Assembly (NCBI GenBank): GCA_000934665.2
Contig: JYFJ02003040.1
Span: forward strand, 1-47,076
Source of the DNA: Catajapyx aquilonaris
Taxonomy: Eukaryota
Length of the DNA: 47,076 nucleotides
Direction of reading: 5' to 3'
Position numbers and translations under genes: made by a program. Shown here one piece after another: positions 1 to 11,722 of the stretch; the stretch's first letter is position 1, and each line of letters opens with the position of its first letter. Below the pieces are notes generated by a model that was not told the DNA's origin, ran no database searches, and was given only the letters and a program-made list of their open reading frames with translations.

Positions 1-103
1 GTATCTCCACCATGCCTGAAAATATTGGGTGTGTAGGTATAACAGGTAGGTATATAAAAATTCAAATGTGCAAAAGTGGTCCACTGTGCCCCGGTCTTCC
101 CTA
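1..103. mobile_element. Probable terminal fragment of a TA-targeting DNA transposon/MITE, truncated by the window edge
   Basis: The segment ends ...CCACTGTGCCCCGGTCTTCCC-TA (reverse complement TA-GGGAAGACCGGGGCACAGTGG). From memory this resembles TIR ends of pogo/Tc1-mariner-like invertebrate MITEs. The partner TIR is not in the window. Confidence 0.35.
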
Positions 104-334
104 ATTATTATAGGCTACAGTTCAAATGTTCAAATAATCGAGGTTCATGGTAAGAAGAGCACGTTCTGTGTCTGACAGGAGATTGCGTCCGGTGTAGGCG
201 AATTTTCAAGAAACACGGCAAAAGCGAATTATGCCAGATAGATTTCTTGATTTTATTTATTCTATATTTATAAATTTTGTCTGAATTTTCTGAGTTGACA
301 TCCGACTGATTGGCATTTTAGCAATAACCATACA

Positions 335-676
335 ATAATAATAATAATAATAATTGTTGGGTTAGTGCTCACCCAGAGGGTATTTGCACGGACCTTTATT
401 TCAATCGACGAAGTATACATGGTGCCATATTCGAAGCTCCCGGGCCCACGGGCAGGATGACAGGAGGGGATGTGCAAGTGCAGTGCAGTAACGGTGCTTG
501 GTCGATTTTGTGAACTCCCCCGGGTGGTTTAGTCTGTGGATATACCACCCGAGACGAAGCCAGAGACGACCCCAGAACTCTGCACGAGATGAAGGGGGTG
601 TCCCCGGGTTGGGATCGAACCCGGGACCTTAACATCCGTGGGCGCGCACGTTACCGCGGCGCCACTCCGTCTCCCC
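335..676 (-). mobile_element. Full-length tRNA-derived SINE (head resembles tRNA-Arg ACG) with (ATT)n tail
   Basis: The minus strand starts GGGGAGACGGAGTGGCGCCGCGGTAACG. It has an A-box-like TGGCGCCGCGG (664-654), a B box GGTTCGATCCC (621-611) and an anticodon-like CCACGGA, followed by an approximately 250-nt non-tRNA body and an (ATT)n tail (354-335). A perfect 15-bp direct repeat AGCAATAACCATACA flanks it at 320-334 and 677-691. Confidence 0.92.
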
Positions 677-744
677 AGCAATAACCATACATAACATACC
701 ATGATAACATTTAGCATATTGATGACGTGTCTTACCAATAACAA

Positions 745-1007
745 ACAAATATTAGACCAATATTAAATAAAACTTCCAGTGCCACATGTTGTTTTGCACT
801 CTGAGGTTTTGGTAAAATTTGGTAAAATGATACAAGGCAAACTTACGTAAGCCTATCCTCTCTTTGTGTATGCTATATTGCTATCATCTAGCATACAAAG
901 AGATAGACTTACGTAAGTTTGGCTTATATCATTTTACCAAATTTTACCAAAACTCTAAACAACATGTGGGACTGGAAGTTTTATTTTTATATTGGTCAAA
1001 TTTTTGT
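745..1007. mobile_element. Foldback/MITE-like long imperfect palindrome (non-autonomous DNA transposon, family unassigned)
   Basis: The left arm GACCAATAT..ATAAAACTTCCAGT.CCACATGTTGTTT...GTTTTGGTAAAATTTGGTAAAATGATA...AAACTTACGTAAG.CTATC..CTCTTTG..TATGCTA is matched in reverse complement by 889-1007. The arms are about 120 bp with small indels and the central spacer is about 13 nt. No clear TSD is visible. Confidence 0.75.
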
Positions 1008-3339
1008 CAGTCGGAAATATAGGCTATATTTTATATATCGAAATTATCGCTAAAGTAGAATGTGATACTGGCAAAACATTGTTCTTCATGAATATGCGCG
1101 CCTTATCAACTTATGCAAATTAACTCCCGCAATGCATTTTGTGGGAGAGGAGGGCATGGGGAAGCTTGTTATTGTGTCCAAATTAATTATGAGGCCACTA
1201 AACATGAGAAGTCTAGCAGCACACAATTTTTTGTGGAGTGGGGCGTACGTATTTGGCTGTAAAGGTGGAGTGATTGCTGTATTATCACGATAGTTATAAC
1301 ACTTCATTGTGCCGATAGGATGAATAATTTAGGGTCTTGTGATGCGGCCGGATTTTTTTCCGGTGGAATAGTCAAGTGCGGTGTTTGCAGGAAATATGCA
1401 TACAGATTGACATCACTGCACCGCCTTATTAGCGGTTAATTATTTAACTAAACCGCGCGCACAGCTTTACATTTTGCATTGGGCCTAAATGATATGCAAT
1501 ATTCGTTCGCACAGTATAGTTGTAAGGAAGAAGCCACTTTTGACCTTAAAATACTGGGTATTACGTGCAAGTTGATCCCGTTGTCCGAGTGAGTAACTGG
1601 ACCAGCATTGGGTGCAATGGTCCGAGCAACTGCCATAGGATCTACCTTCCAGAAGAATAATTGCCAGTTCGTGACCTACATGTATTATCCCAGAAGCCGG
1701 ACAGTATTGGGCTGCTTTAAAAAAAGAGCATTGTCATTCGATTGTAAATGCAGGTAATCTGCTCGCGTGCGTACAGGATGGTTCAATAGAATAATTTTTG
1801 AAAATACAATTATTTTGTTTCTATCCTTTCTTGAGGCCCAGAATACAACAAAATTACCTGCACTACTAAATATAGAGCACTGAGTACTGAACACAAAATG
1901 AATAATTTATGACCCCGAAGCAATAGCACCTAAGACACTCCACGGACGAGCACTAAAACACCGTAATAAATTATCCATCACGCCGCCTGAGCAATGCGTA
2001 ACCGAATCATACTGGATGCAAGTCATGCAAATGAACCGACATTAACATACCAGGAGCATCACAAATGTCAAGACGATTGAAACGCCGAGTCTTATTCAGA
2101 CATGTAAGTAATTATTATATACCCTTTGCACAAATGCAAAACCGGATTCAGCAAAGGGTTGAAAAGGTGTCCCTTCCCAACCCCTGGAGAATCAGAAATT
2201 GTCACTTGAGAGGGGCAATTGGCAGTCATTGGCATCATCCTCCTTTGCTCAAAGGGTGGAATTACAGGGCTGTAATCCCCGCTATTAATCCCTGATTACG
2301 AATGGACGCCCCGTCGGATTGGTCCATGCCTGATTTCCCTTTGCTGCTCTCCGGGTTCGACAGTATGCTGCAGGCTTCGACGTCAACCCTCCCCTTTTTC
2401 CAGCCTTTTTACTTCCAACTTCCGTCAGGCGATAGACAATGGAATTACCATACGCCCAACTAGCCGTTGATTGATGCGTGAGTTCACTAATCTCAGAATT
2501 TTTTTAGGCCCCCAGTTTTTGACCGGAGGGTAGAATTGGCCCGGATTATGATTCGTAATCCGGGTCGGTTTGCATCAAAAATTCTGGGAAGCAGCAGCAG
2601 GACTCCAACCAAAACAGTTCTCCGCTCTGTCAATATTTCCTCTTGCATTCAATTAGTGCAGTATATAATGCTGCGAACCGATCTAACAGTGCACTTGATA
2701 TATTTTAAGCAGAAAATGACCAGTCTTCTGTATGTTGCAAGGCTAAATAAACCCTCCTTTTCAATTTCCCGTAGCTGCATCAACAAGACGGCCGAAGGAT
2801 TTTTGTTTGCTCGCTTCGGGAAGAGGCAAGATAAACACAAGAGGCAGCAGGCTTTGTTGCCTGTTGCAAAAAAAAAAGGACTGAAACTTCATTAGGGTAA
2901 AGAGAGAAAGCAGACTCCTACTGTACCTCTCAAGAATTTTCATGAACACTGTACTCTTCATACTTAGGAGGTACTGTACTACTACGTGCAATTTTACGGG
3001 AGACTTCAATTCGGGTATGGCTCACGATCCTATAATCGTTTATGCGGCGGCTGGTTCTATCTATTGATTTCTACTTGGCAGTGTTTACGGATGGAAGATT
3101 GACGGCCAAACAGCGTGATTTGTACAGGACGTGCACCTTTTTTGTGTCCTGTTTGCGCTCTGAAATGAATCGGCACCTTTCATGTTTTTGCCTCTCTCTA
3201 TAAGGCTTTAAATGCACATTTTTGCATAAAGCTGTGAATGATGTGCGATGCTGGATCGTTGAAAATTTTGAAGTAAACTAAATTCTCTTGTACGTTCCAA
3301 AAAGGTTATGGGGTAATAAGCAAAATGGGAAATTAATTA

Positions 3340-3622
3340 CTGCGGAAATTGGTTAAAAAATGGTGCTAATCCGGTTTACATAACTAAACGGATATATAAA
3401 AACGTTTATTGATAAACTAGACATATAGTTTCAAATATATACTCCCCATTAACAATAAACAGTACCGTAATTTAAACGACCAGTTAAAAGTTGGCTGTTT
3501 CTCCGACTTTTTATCTATCCGTTTAGTGCTAACGGTAGTTTAAGCGCCAAATCTAAAACCAGACTTAAACCCCAGTTATCACATCGGCATAAACCGATCC
3601 TTAATCCATTTATGAATACGGC
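3340..3622. mobile_element. Possible decayed MITE remnant (PIF/Harbinger-like end)
   Basis: The segment is AT-rich with repeated TAAACC/TAATCC motifs and an internal inverted pair CTAAACGGATA / TATCCGTTTAG. It ends in TTTATGAATACGGC, which recalls Harbinger-type MITE termini. No matching left TIR was found. Confidence 0.25.
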
Positions 3623-4203
3623 GAATCCCAACATGTTGTTGTACAGCCTCATATCCGGAGTGCCATCCTCCATAATGCCGTAATTGTGGCAATTAGAAGT
3701 TTACCAGTAGCCTGTAATTGCTCCAATAGCATGATTTATTGTGGAGTCTATTATAGTAAAAACAGGTTCACCACAATAACTGATGTTTAGCTAACTTTTA
3801 TTGACAGCTCCCCGGGATAATAATGCGGAGTCCATTATGATTCCATTTAGGGAAACCGTGGGAGCTATAATATCACCGAGGGTTTCATACACTATACCCA
3901 TAGCAGTTTCCAAGATTAGTCCCGTCTCCAGGGGTTCGTCATCTGCTTCAACCCCCCTATCCCCCCCCCTCCCCAGCCCCACTCGATTCGTACAAGGAAG
4001 GAGATTAAAAGCAATTGGTTCTTCTGTAATCCTCTTCATTGCAGCTCGTGAGGCGAGGCAAACAGAATTCGACTACTCGCAGGTACTGTCGGAAGCGAGG
4101 GAAAGTGTCATTGTCGATGGGGAGGAAGGGGGAAGGAGGAGGTGGGAGGGAGGTTTGGCACGCTACACTAGACTAACGCGCTTTTCTCCCCGGTACATTC
4201 CAG

Positions 4204-4250
4204 AAGCACTGCTAATCTCAGTGAGAGTCGCAAAATATGTGGTTTGCGCG
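4204..4250 (+). other. Candidate 47-nt exon containing a possible start codon (MWFA+CG)
   Basis: In order: branch-point-like GACTAAC (4171-4177), pyrimidine tract CTTTTCTCCCC, acceptor TTCCAG (ends 4203), AAAATATG with ATG at 4237, and donor CG|GTAAGG (GT at 4251). Support is splice motifs only. Confidence 0.25.
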
Positions 4251-7214
4251 GTAAGGATATGCCTTTTAGGCTGTGGAAAAGTTGAATTTTTTTATGCCAT
4301 TTGTGTCAATAAAAATTAAGAAAAAAAAATAATCGCCAATTGTGTTCAAGCCATCATGAATGGACAGGCCCGATTCAGCCAATTCAGTTTATCCAGCCAG
4401 ATTATATAGTTGACCTCCTTTCGCAATTTTTGTGGCGGCACTACTTCTTACTGGTTGGAGTAAAATGAATCTTCGCGGATACGCTAATACTCTTTCTTGC
4501 TATGAGGGGGCGCTCGCTCTCCCCCAAAAGGCGTATACTTTCCCAGGGAATGGCGGGCAATTCTGCATTCACTTGTTCTCCTGCAAGTTTTATGGCGGGC
4601 CAATGGCGGCCGCGTGGATGGCTCGAATGTCAATTGCATCCAGGTCAAGCACCTACTCAGGCTTCTGCGAGTCGAATCCCCAAGTAGGACCCTTTTTCCC
4701 TCTCTCCCTCTCTCTGCCCTTCCACCAAAAATGTGGCAGGAAACTGACGTGGCATTGTGCAAATGTACACTGTTCCCCTTGATTGTAGTTTTAATCTGCA
4801 CTTCTCTCATTAAATGGCGGGGGATGGGTTGAAAAAGAAAGAAAGAGAAAAAAAATGGGTGACGCGCTTTGGGAATAGGTTGGAAAAGGGGCATGGGAAG
4901 AGGGTGTGGCCGCAAGGAAAAGGCCGCCTAGCCTCCTTCTCCCTTAATGGAATTCCTCTGCTTCGATTAGCAGTTGCGGTTAATCTAGGGCGAGGAAGAA
5001 TTTTGTGCGGATCCGCCGAGCTTCGTCTTCGGCATATAGACTCGCCATAATGAGAGAGGAAAGGGGCCGGCCATTCCCATGAGAATATCCGATGGCAACA
5101 GGCAGGTAAACAGCTGGTTACAGTTTAGTGTAGATGAATATTTTCCAGTGCGCACCCACACTCACGCAGCTCTATTGTTATGGCAGCGTTGCCAGAGTTA
5201 CTCCCCAGATAAGAGGCCGAAACAAATAATTCACACATGTAGTCTCTGAGGTTCCGTTTACAGCTTTGGCAACGTCTCAAACGTCGACCAATATTTGTTC
5301 CCCTCCAATATACGCTCACTGTATACAGCTTATCAGATATCATTGATAATGCCAACCGTGTAACCTGAGCGAACTGTGGTGCGCACTCGGTTGCGCTCGT
5401 AAAAAAACATATAATCAGTCGGTTATATTTACCTGGCCATGATCGACCGATTATGTTGGAGGGACGTTTTGTTGCGTACTGTGACCGTTTTCATAGAGAT
5501 AGAATAAAATTAGGCGCCTTTGATGGGAGGAACGGTGATTGAGGTCTGGACCAATTTTGGTGCGATGCTCATCAAATATTTGTTTTGAGGTTGGCCATTA
5601 TGTAAACATTAGTTTGCACCCTTCCATGCGGCAAATATCTGGAGATTGAGCGGGGCAGGGGAGTATGAAATGGCCCCATTGTTGGATTAAAGGTAGCAGG
5701 CATTGGCAGAAAGGTTTGCATGTTTCTCCAGTCCGTCACAATCACCTACAAACCAGGCCACCTCTTTAATTATTATTTTCACCTTAATATCTCATGCAGC
5801 AGCTTAAGCGATTATGCTAAATGTCGGGCGGAAACAAAATTAGTAAAAATAATAGGTGGAGCACTGTAATTGTAAACTTGCGCAGGGATTTCCTTAGGGA
5901 AGGCTTTTTTTTAAATAATACCGTATATATATTTAGGTCGCCCTATTTTGGCTTAATTCCAGGTACGGATTCTCAGGACTAGCGACGGGTTTTTGCCCGT
6001 GGCCGCGAGCAAGTTTATAATAATATGGAAACCAAGCTAAAAGGGAGTCCTCCTTGCACCCGTCGCAATTTGCGAAAACGGAAACTGCAAGTTCGCCCAC
6101 GTTTTTTTTCTCTTCTTATCCAAGGCTATGCCCCTGAGCCAAAAACCTCCGCCATTTTCTCTCCTCTATTAGAGAAGCGCTCCGCAGATTTTTCAAAATA
6201 GCAAATATTGCCCCCGATCTCATAAAATGTAAACAACTTACCCCTTCCAGCCACTTTCGCATTATGTCAACTGCACTGAAAGAATATCGAGCAATTCTGA
6301 ACCAAAAAGGTGCTATTGAATGCCACTAAACCTTGATTGTCCCTTCGACGTTTGTCGCATACAAAACGACATGGGGGGTGGGAGATGCATCTTTACACAT
6401 CATCTCCGACACGTAGTATACAGCCCGAAATTTTACTACAGGCCAGATTCCTAGCCATAAAATAGCAGAGGTCCAGCCCCATGTTATGAAGGCGAGCCCA
6501 GCGCCTCATCGCAAAAGCCCTGCCCGGATTTTTTTTTCTTCATCCGGACCCCCCCTTCTTTTGTGAGGGTCCATTTGAGCCCCGTATCATTCCGGGTCCC
6601 GAACGAAATGAAACGACAGTAAAGTCTGGTGGGAGAGAGAGAAAAAAAAGTCATAAAAAGAACAGAACAGAAAAAAAACGAAGAGAACCCGAGAGACGAG
6701 TCTGGAATAAGAAGTAGATGAATGCGTCTTTCTTGGGGAGAAAAAGAAGATCGTGGGCATGAGCCATGTAATGCGAGGCCAAAAAGGCGTAATTTCCATG
6801 GAGAGAAAAAAAATATTTGAAAATGAAGCACACCCGGGTTAATTTAGATTGATCCCAGAATCGGTTGTTGATAATGTTAACCGTAATTTATATTAATATC
6901 GGCCTGATTTGATACTGTATTGGATCGCGTTTATCAGCCATGTAGGTAATAATGTCATATTTGGGCTGAAAATAAATTGAAATTGTTGACCCCTACAGGT
7001 ACAGCACGTACCCGGGCCTGTCACATGTGTATGGGCTGGAAATAACAGCTTGTTAAACATGCAGGGATAGACTTGTTTATTAGCATGAAGTTAAGCTGTG
7101 TTTCCCAGAATTAAATAACTCACCAACAATGATAATATCTTTCAGTTTTGTAAAAACAACCTTCCGCAGTTTATCTCTCGGAATGTTACAGAATTTTTAT
7201 CTACAGTATTTCTT

Positions 7215-7231
7215 TCTCTCTCTCTCTCTCT
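7215..7231. repeat. (TC)n microsatellite
   Basis: Direct reading of a TCTCTC run. Confidence 0.9.
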
Positions 7232-10200
7232 GGCTTGATTCCGACGTCCCGTTTTTAGCACGAACTCTCTCCATGTCGAATACATTTTGAGTTTTCCTGT
7301 CACGTTTATCTGCACAGCGGGGCTGGATTTGTGGCAAGAGTTTGCCCGAAGTGGGGGTAGACTGCATTAGTCCGCCCAATTGTTTGCTGCTTTTTCCATC
7401 GCCACGGAGGCCGGCTCGGAAACACAGCTCTTCAGAACGCCAAGAACAACCCGGGGAGAAAGTGCAATCATCTTTTGCTATTCACTCTGACAAATCCAAA
7501 AAGATCTATTCAACCGACGGACGGCCAGCGATTTACAGGACGGGGGGGAAAAATACTGGCAGTTTAAGTTAGCAGCGAGTTTTCATGGCGATGTAGATAA
7601 TGGAAATGCGTGTCTGGATACAAGAAGTTCATAGAAAGTGGATGTGGAAATTATGCCCCATTAAGTTTATCTGCAGTTTTGCTGGGTTGGGGTTGGCTTC
7701 ACACGTAACGTGGCAGATATCAGGACATTGGGGAGGAGGAATGGCGGGAAGTCATTATGTCCGGAGCTTTGCCCGGAATTTCTTGCGGCTCCCGGAGTGC
7801 GTGGCAAATGTAGTTATTAGTGCTGGTCGAAACTCGAGCACAAGGTGTAATTATTGTTGCAAGTGGCAACAGGACGGCTGTTGACGTGGCCAGGAAGTCT
7901 AAGAAGTTTTGGGGAAATTCTAGCAATAATGACAGTGACCCCCCAAAAACACCAAAGGCAAGAAAATGGCTATTTGCGAGCCACATGCAAATGTAAAGTG
8001 CATCTGCGTAGAGCCGTAGACTGCATTTTGTTCAGATATATTGCTCCAGTTTTGGAGGGATCGGCGGAATGGCCCCCCGTTGTAGAAGAAAGGGTCTCAA
8101 ATTATTGCAGTGCAGGAACCAAGAAATACTGCATCCAGGCAAATCTTCTGCAACAAGATTTGCTTGTCGCAAGGTGATCCTCTTCTACTGGGATGTATGG
8201 AAAGGGCCTTCGAAGCTTTATGACCGCCTTGGAATACGGAGGAACAACAAGAAAAAAAAGGAGGCGCAGAATTTAATCTCCGCAAAAGGAAGAGGAACGA
8301 GACAACCTTGCATGCGAAAAAATACATAGTAATAACAACAACAAAAAAATGTAGGAAAACACACTTTTTTGCAACTTCATTGCGCCTCTCCTCTTTTTAT
8401 CATCAGTGCGTAACCTACATGCCTGCGGAAGCTAATATTTGCAGAGCTGATTTTTCCTCCCTTTCAAGACACAGCCCAGGACGAGTCCACTTTGATGTCC
8501 CCAAAAAAACTGTGCAAAAGGAGATCGAATTTAACGTGTGTGCATTCAGGAAACAGCTATTAATCAGAGCAGACATTTCCGTCCGCTAATGAAAAGGTGC
8601 CAGCAAAAAAAAAAAGAGGCCGGATTCCTTTATGCCGTTTGTTTGAGTCGTTTCCGAATTATTTTTTGGGGAATCTCTGTGTGCCACGGTGCGACATCAA
8701 GGACGAGTCGTAGCAGCCGCACAACCCGGATGCAACGGTGTAGTTACCCGCCATGCACTACTATTATACATTATCGTTTGTCAGCTGCACCAAACGAGTG
8801 GACACGGTCAGTTAATAATCAATGGGATAGAACCAAGGATTGTCAGTGCTCCACATCAGTTTTAGGGGACCAACGTTGAGCAGGAAAATCCAGCCAGTTT
8901 ATGCAAACACACCCTGGAAATATTGTGTAACGTTGCTAACAATTGCTCCAGAACGAAGCTCAGATCGATACCAAGAGTGGCGGAAAAATTTTCAAGGATT
9001 TTCACACGGAACATCGTTAAGAAATTTTTTACCACCATTTCCGTGCAATGATGAGCAGGTCCGGTTAAAGAGAACCATTTTCGAGCTCGCGTTTTTTCGG
9101 AGGCCCAAGTTTTTCGGACGTAGCCTGCAGGTCGGACCAAGTATACGCAATCCCTTCACTGCTCCTCTTTTTTTGTTGTTTATCGCGGAGGAAGAGATCA
9201 GCGGAGGACTTGTTGAGGAAGAAAATGGTTGTCATAACTGAGGCGGAACAGCAGGAAGACTTTAGGTGCAAGGAAAAAGTCCGGGGGAAAAGAGGCCGTT
9301 GTGAGCTCGTCAATTTGGAGTTGTTTCTATCTAAATTGTGCCCGGGGATACCATCCGAAACTCTAGTGGTTGTAGTTTTATTGCGTCCAGATTCCGCTTG
9401 GAATACAAAAGACCCGCTTATTTCTGCTTCTGTTGCGAAGAAAAGGTACATAAATGCGTGTATTTTCGTGAGAGAATATTTTTTTTATGCAGTCGTTCTG
9501 GGTTGTGTGCAAAGTTCAATTGGGGTCGCTGGCTTGATGCGGGTCTGGGGTGTGTGTAATCAGCAGTCCGGAATCTGGCTGGGACCCGCCAGAGTCTTGC
9601 TTAATCCTTGGTCGGATGGTGCAGGTGATGTCCGGGTGTCTCCAGGGCCGGGCTTCTTTCCGCCGCCGCGAACTTGCCCTATTAACTGGGAAAAGCCGTC
9701 ACCTCCAATCCTGTTAGCACTCGCCTGCCTGGATACGAATCTGGCCGTGGCAGCAGAAACACCAGCATCCCCACGCGATTGCGGCCGTCTACTAGGATGC
9801 CCGGATTTTGTCTCAGGGGTTGGACCTTTCCCCGGAAGAAAAGCAAAAAAAAAGAAGGAAGACGCAAGCCAGCAGCATCCCGCTAAAGGACAAAAGGGAG
9901 AGAGCCCAGGAGGAATTGAAGTCCTCTTTGCCGATTCCGCTCGCCGCGTTCTATATAAAGACAAAGGCCAGCAGAGAGACGGGACTTTGCAGGGGCGATT
10001 AGATTCGGGGGGTGGAGGAACCAGAAATAGTTTGACACCGTTGGAATGCCGCGGGCTGAAGTTTATAACGAGATTTTGGAAAATGGAAAGACGAGTAGTA
10101 TATAGGAGGCTTGTGGGCCTTTTATGAGCAGGCTGAATGATGCTGTCGGGTCTTCATTTCCTATTGACGTTCAGATCAAAGAAACGGTGGTCACAGTACT

Positions 10201-11690
10201 TATCATGTAACAATTGCATGGAGATAATGTAGCATTTTTTTTCATTACAGTACAGTAAAATGAAAGGTGGAAAGCACCGCGAGGAGAAACCCTCGGAGAG
10301 CCACCTTTTAAAATAACCATCCAGCCAGGTTGGCTCCCTAATTAGTCCCGGTCTCTAGAGGATTCCTTTGACTGTTTGTGTTGATCTCATTATCCAACAA
10401 CAAACAACTTATTCACGGCACAGAAGTCGAATTAATACCCACGCTCCCTCTTAATGTATGACCCCAGTTGCTACTTCAAAGAAGGTGGGATTCAACATTG
10501 AGCGGGAAAAAATTGGGCGAAGGCTATACCATCCTCATTATTATGCTAACGGGTGTCGTTTGGACCCCTCCCAGTGTGGTACTGCGTTGATGTGATTGGA
10601 AAGTTGGGTGGGCTCCTATGCTGATGAAATGACACGCGCTTTGTGTTGAAATGGGACGCAGTACAGTACATGAGAGTGGGAGTGCACCACCCCCAACTTA
10701 TGTAGCCCAGCAATGCCCTCCACGGCATACATCACCGGTAGGACTAATCCATGACATTAAATTTGGGGATTGCGTCACATGCAGTAGAGCAGGGATGGGT
10801 TCATGATCCGTGGTGTGATGAAAGCTACTAATGCACTAAGGCCGTAATAAAATGATTCACAGTTTGCAAACAAATAACCAGATTATTTCACGTTGGTTAG
10901 CGAAGGTCTATAACCCTGGGTGAGAGCAGGCATTACCTGCATTGATAGTTTGCAATGGATCATTGGTGGTAATCGGCGTCCCCGAAAAAATATATAACGG
11001 GGTACGGTTGTTTCAATCGGGGACAAAGTGCACGCCCATGATGTGAGCACATTTTCACGGTCGTTTACTTGCTGGCCGGGTTATGTTCAGGGGCGTAATC
11101 CGAAAAGGAGCGTTGGGACGGTGTATTTACATAGAAATTACTGTTCACCCGGCCACTGATTAAATGTAATCAGAGAAGTTCAGAGGTATTTTTTCGGATG
11201 CAGGTATAATTCTGCGCAGTTCATCAATTTGGGCGATGTTGACCCCATAATTTATACCGTTTTTGGAATGCCCGTAATGTCTGGTTAGGTAAATGCCGAA
11301 TAAACTTTGTTTGGGGAATCGCTATTGTTCCACATGAAGAAAAAAAAAAGTTACCCAGAGGAACGTGGTTTATTCAAGTGCTATTTTTAGGTCGTCCACC
11401 ACGGTGCATAGTAATTCTCGAGAGACTTGCATGGAAAGAATAGTTGCAGTTTATTGCTTTAGCAGGTAAACGTACTGCCAGCGGTTTCGAAAAATATGGC
11501 TCGAAGAGCGGTTTGAACGGTACACTTGCATACACAAAAATTCTGCTCTAGTTTTGCATAATTTTTAGACTGGGTTCTGACGGAGTTGATTTTTTTTGTT
11601 TGGTTTATTAATAGATTTAGCGACTTGAAGAGCCCTAATGAAGGGCTTTCTAGCTTCTTCCCGCTCGGGTGTTAAAAAAATGAAAAGAGA

Positions 11691-11694
<4 letters not shown>

Positions 11695-11722
<28 letters not shown>
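11695..11722. repeat. Poly(T) tract, 28 nt
   Basis: Direct reading; no TSD or retroelement body recognised next to it. Confidence 0.95.

Noticed and set aside
600..676. Functional tRNA gene
   Set aside because: The acceptor and anticodon stems pair poorly, and it is the head of a TSD-flanked SINE.
5426..5438. U1 snRNA 5' end-like ATATTTACCTGGC
   Set aside because: There is a mismatch in the conserved start and no downstream U1 stems or Sm site.
5978..6001. Helitron 3' end on the minus strand (hairpin plus CTAG)
   Set aside because: The stem is only 5 bp and lies 2 nt from CTAG, rather than the usual 10-12 nt.
9210..10127. Longest ORF (305 aa)
   Set aside because: It starts at TTG, has no recognisable domain, contains lysine runs arising from A-tracts, and overlaps similar ORFs in other frames; consistent with chance.
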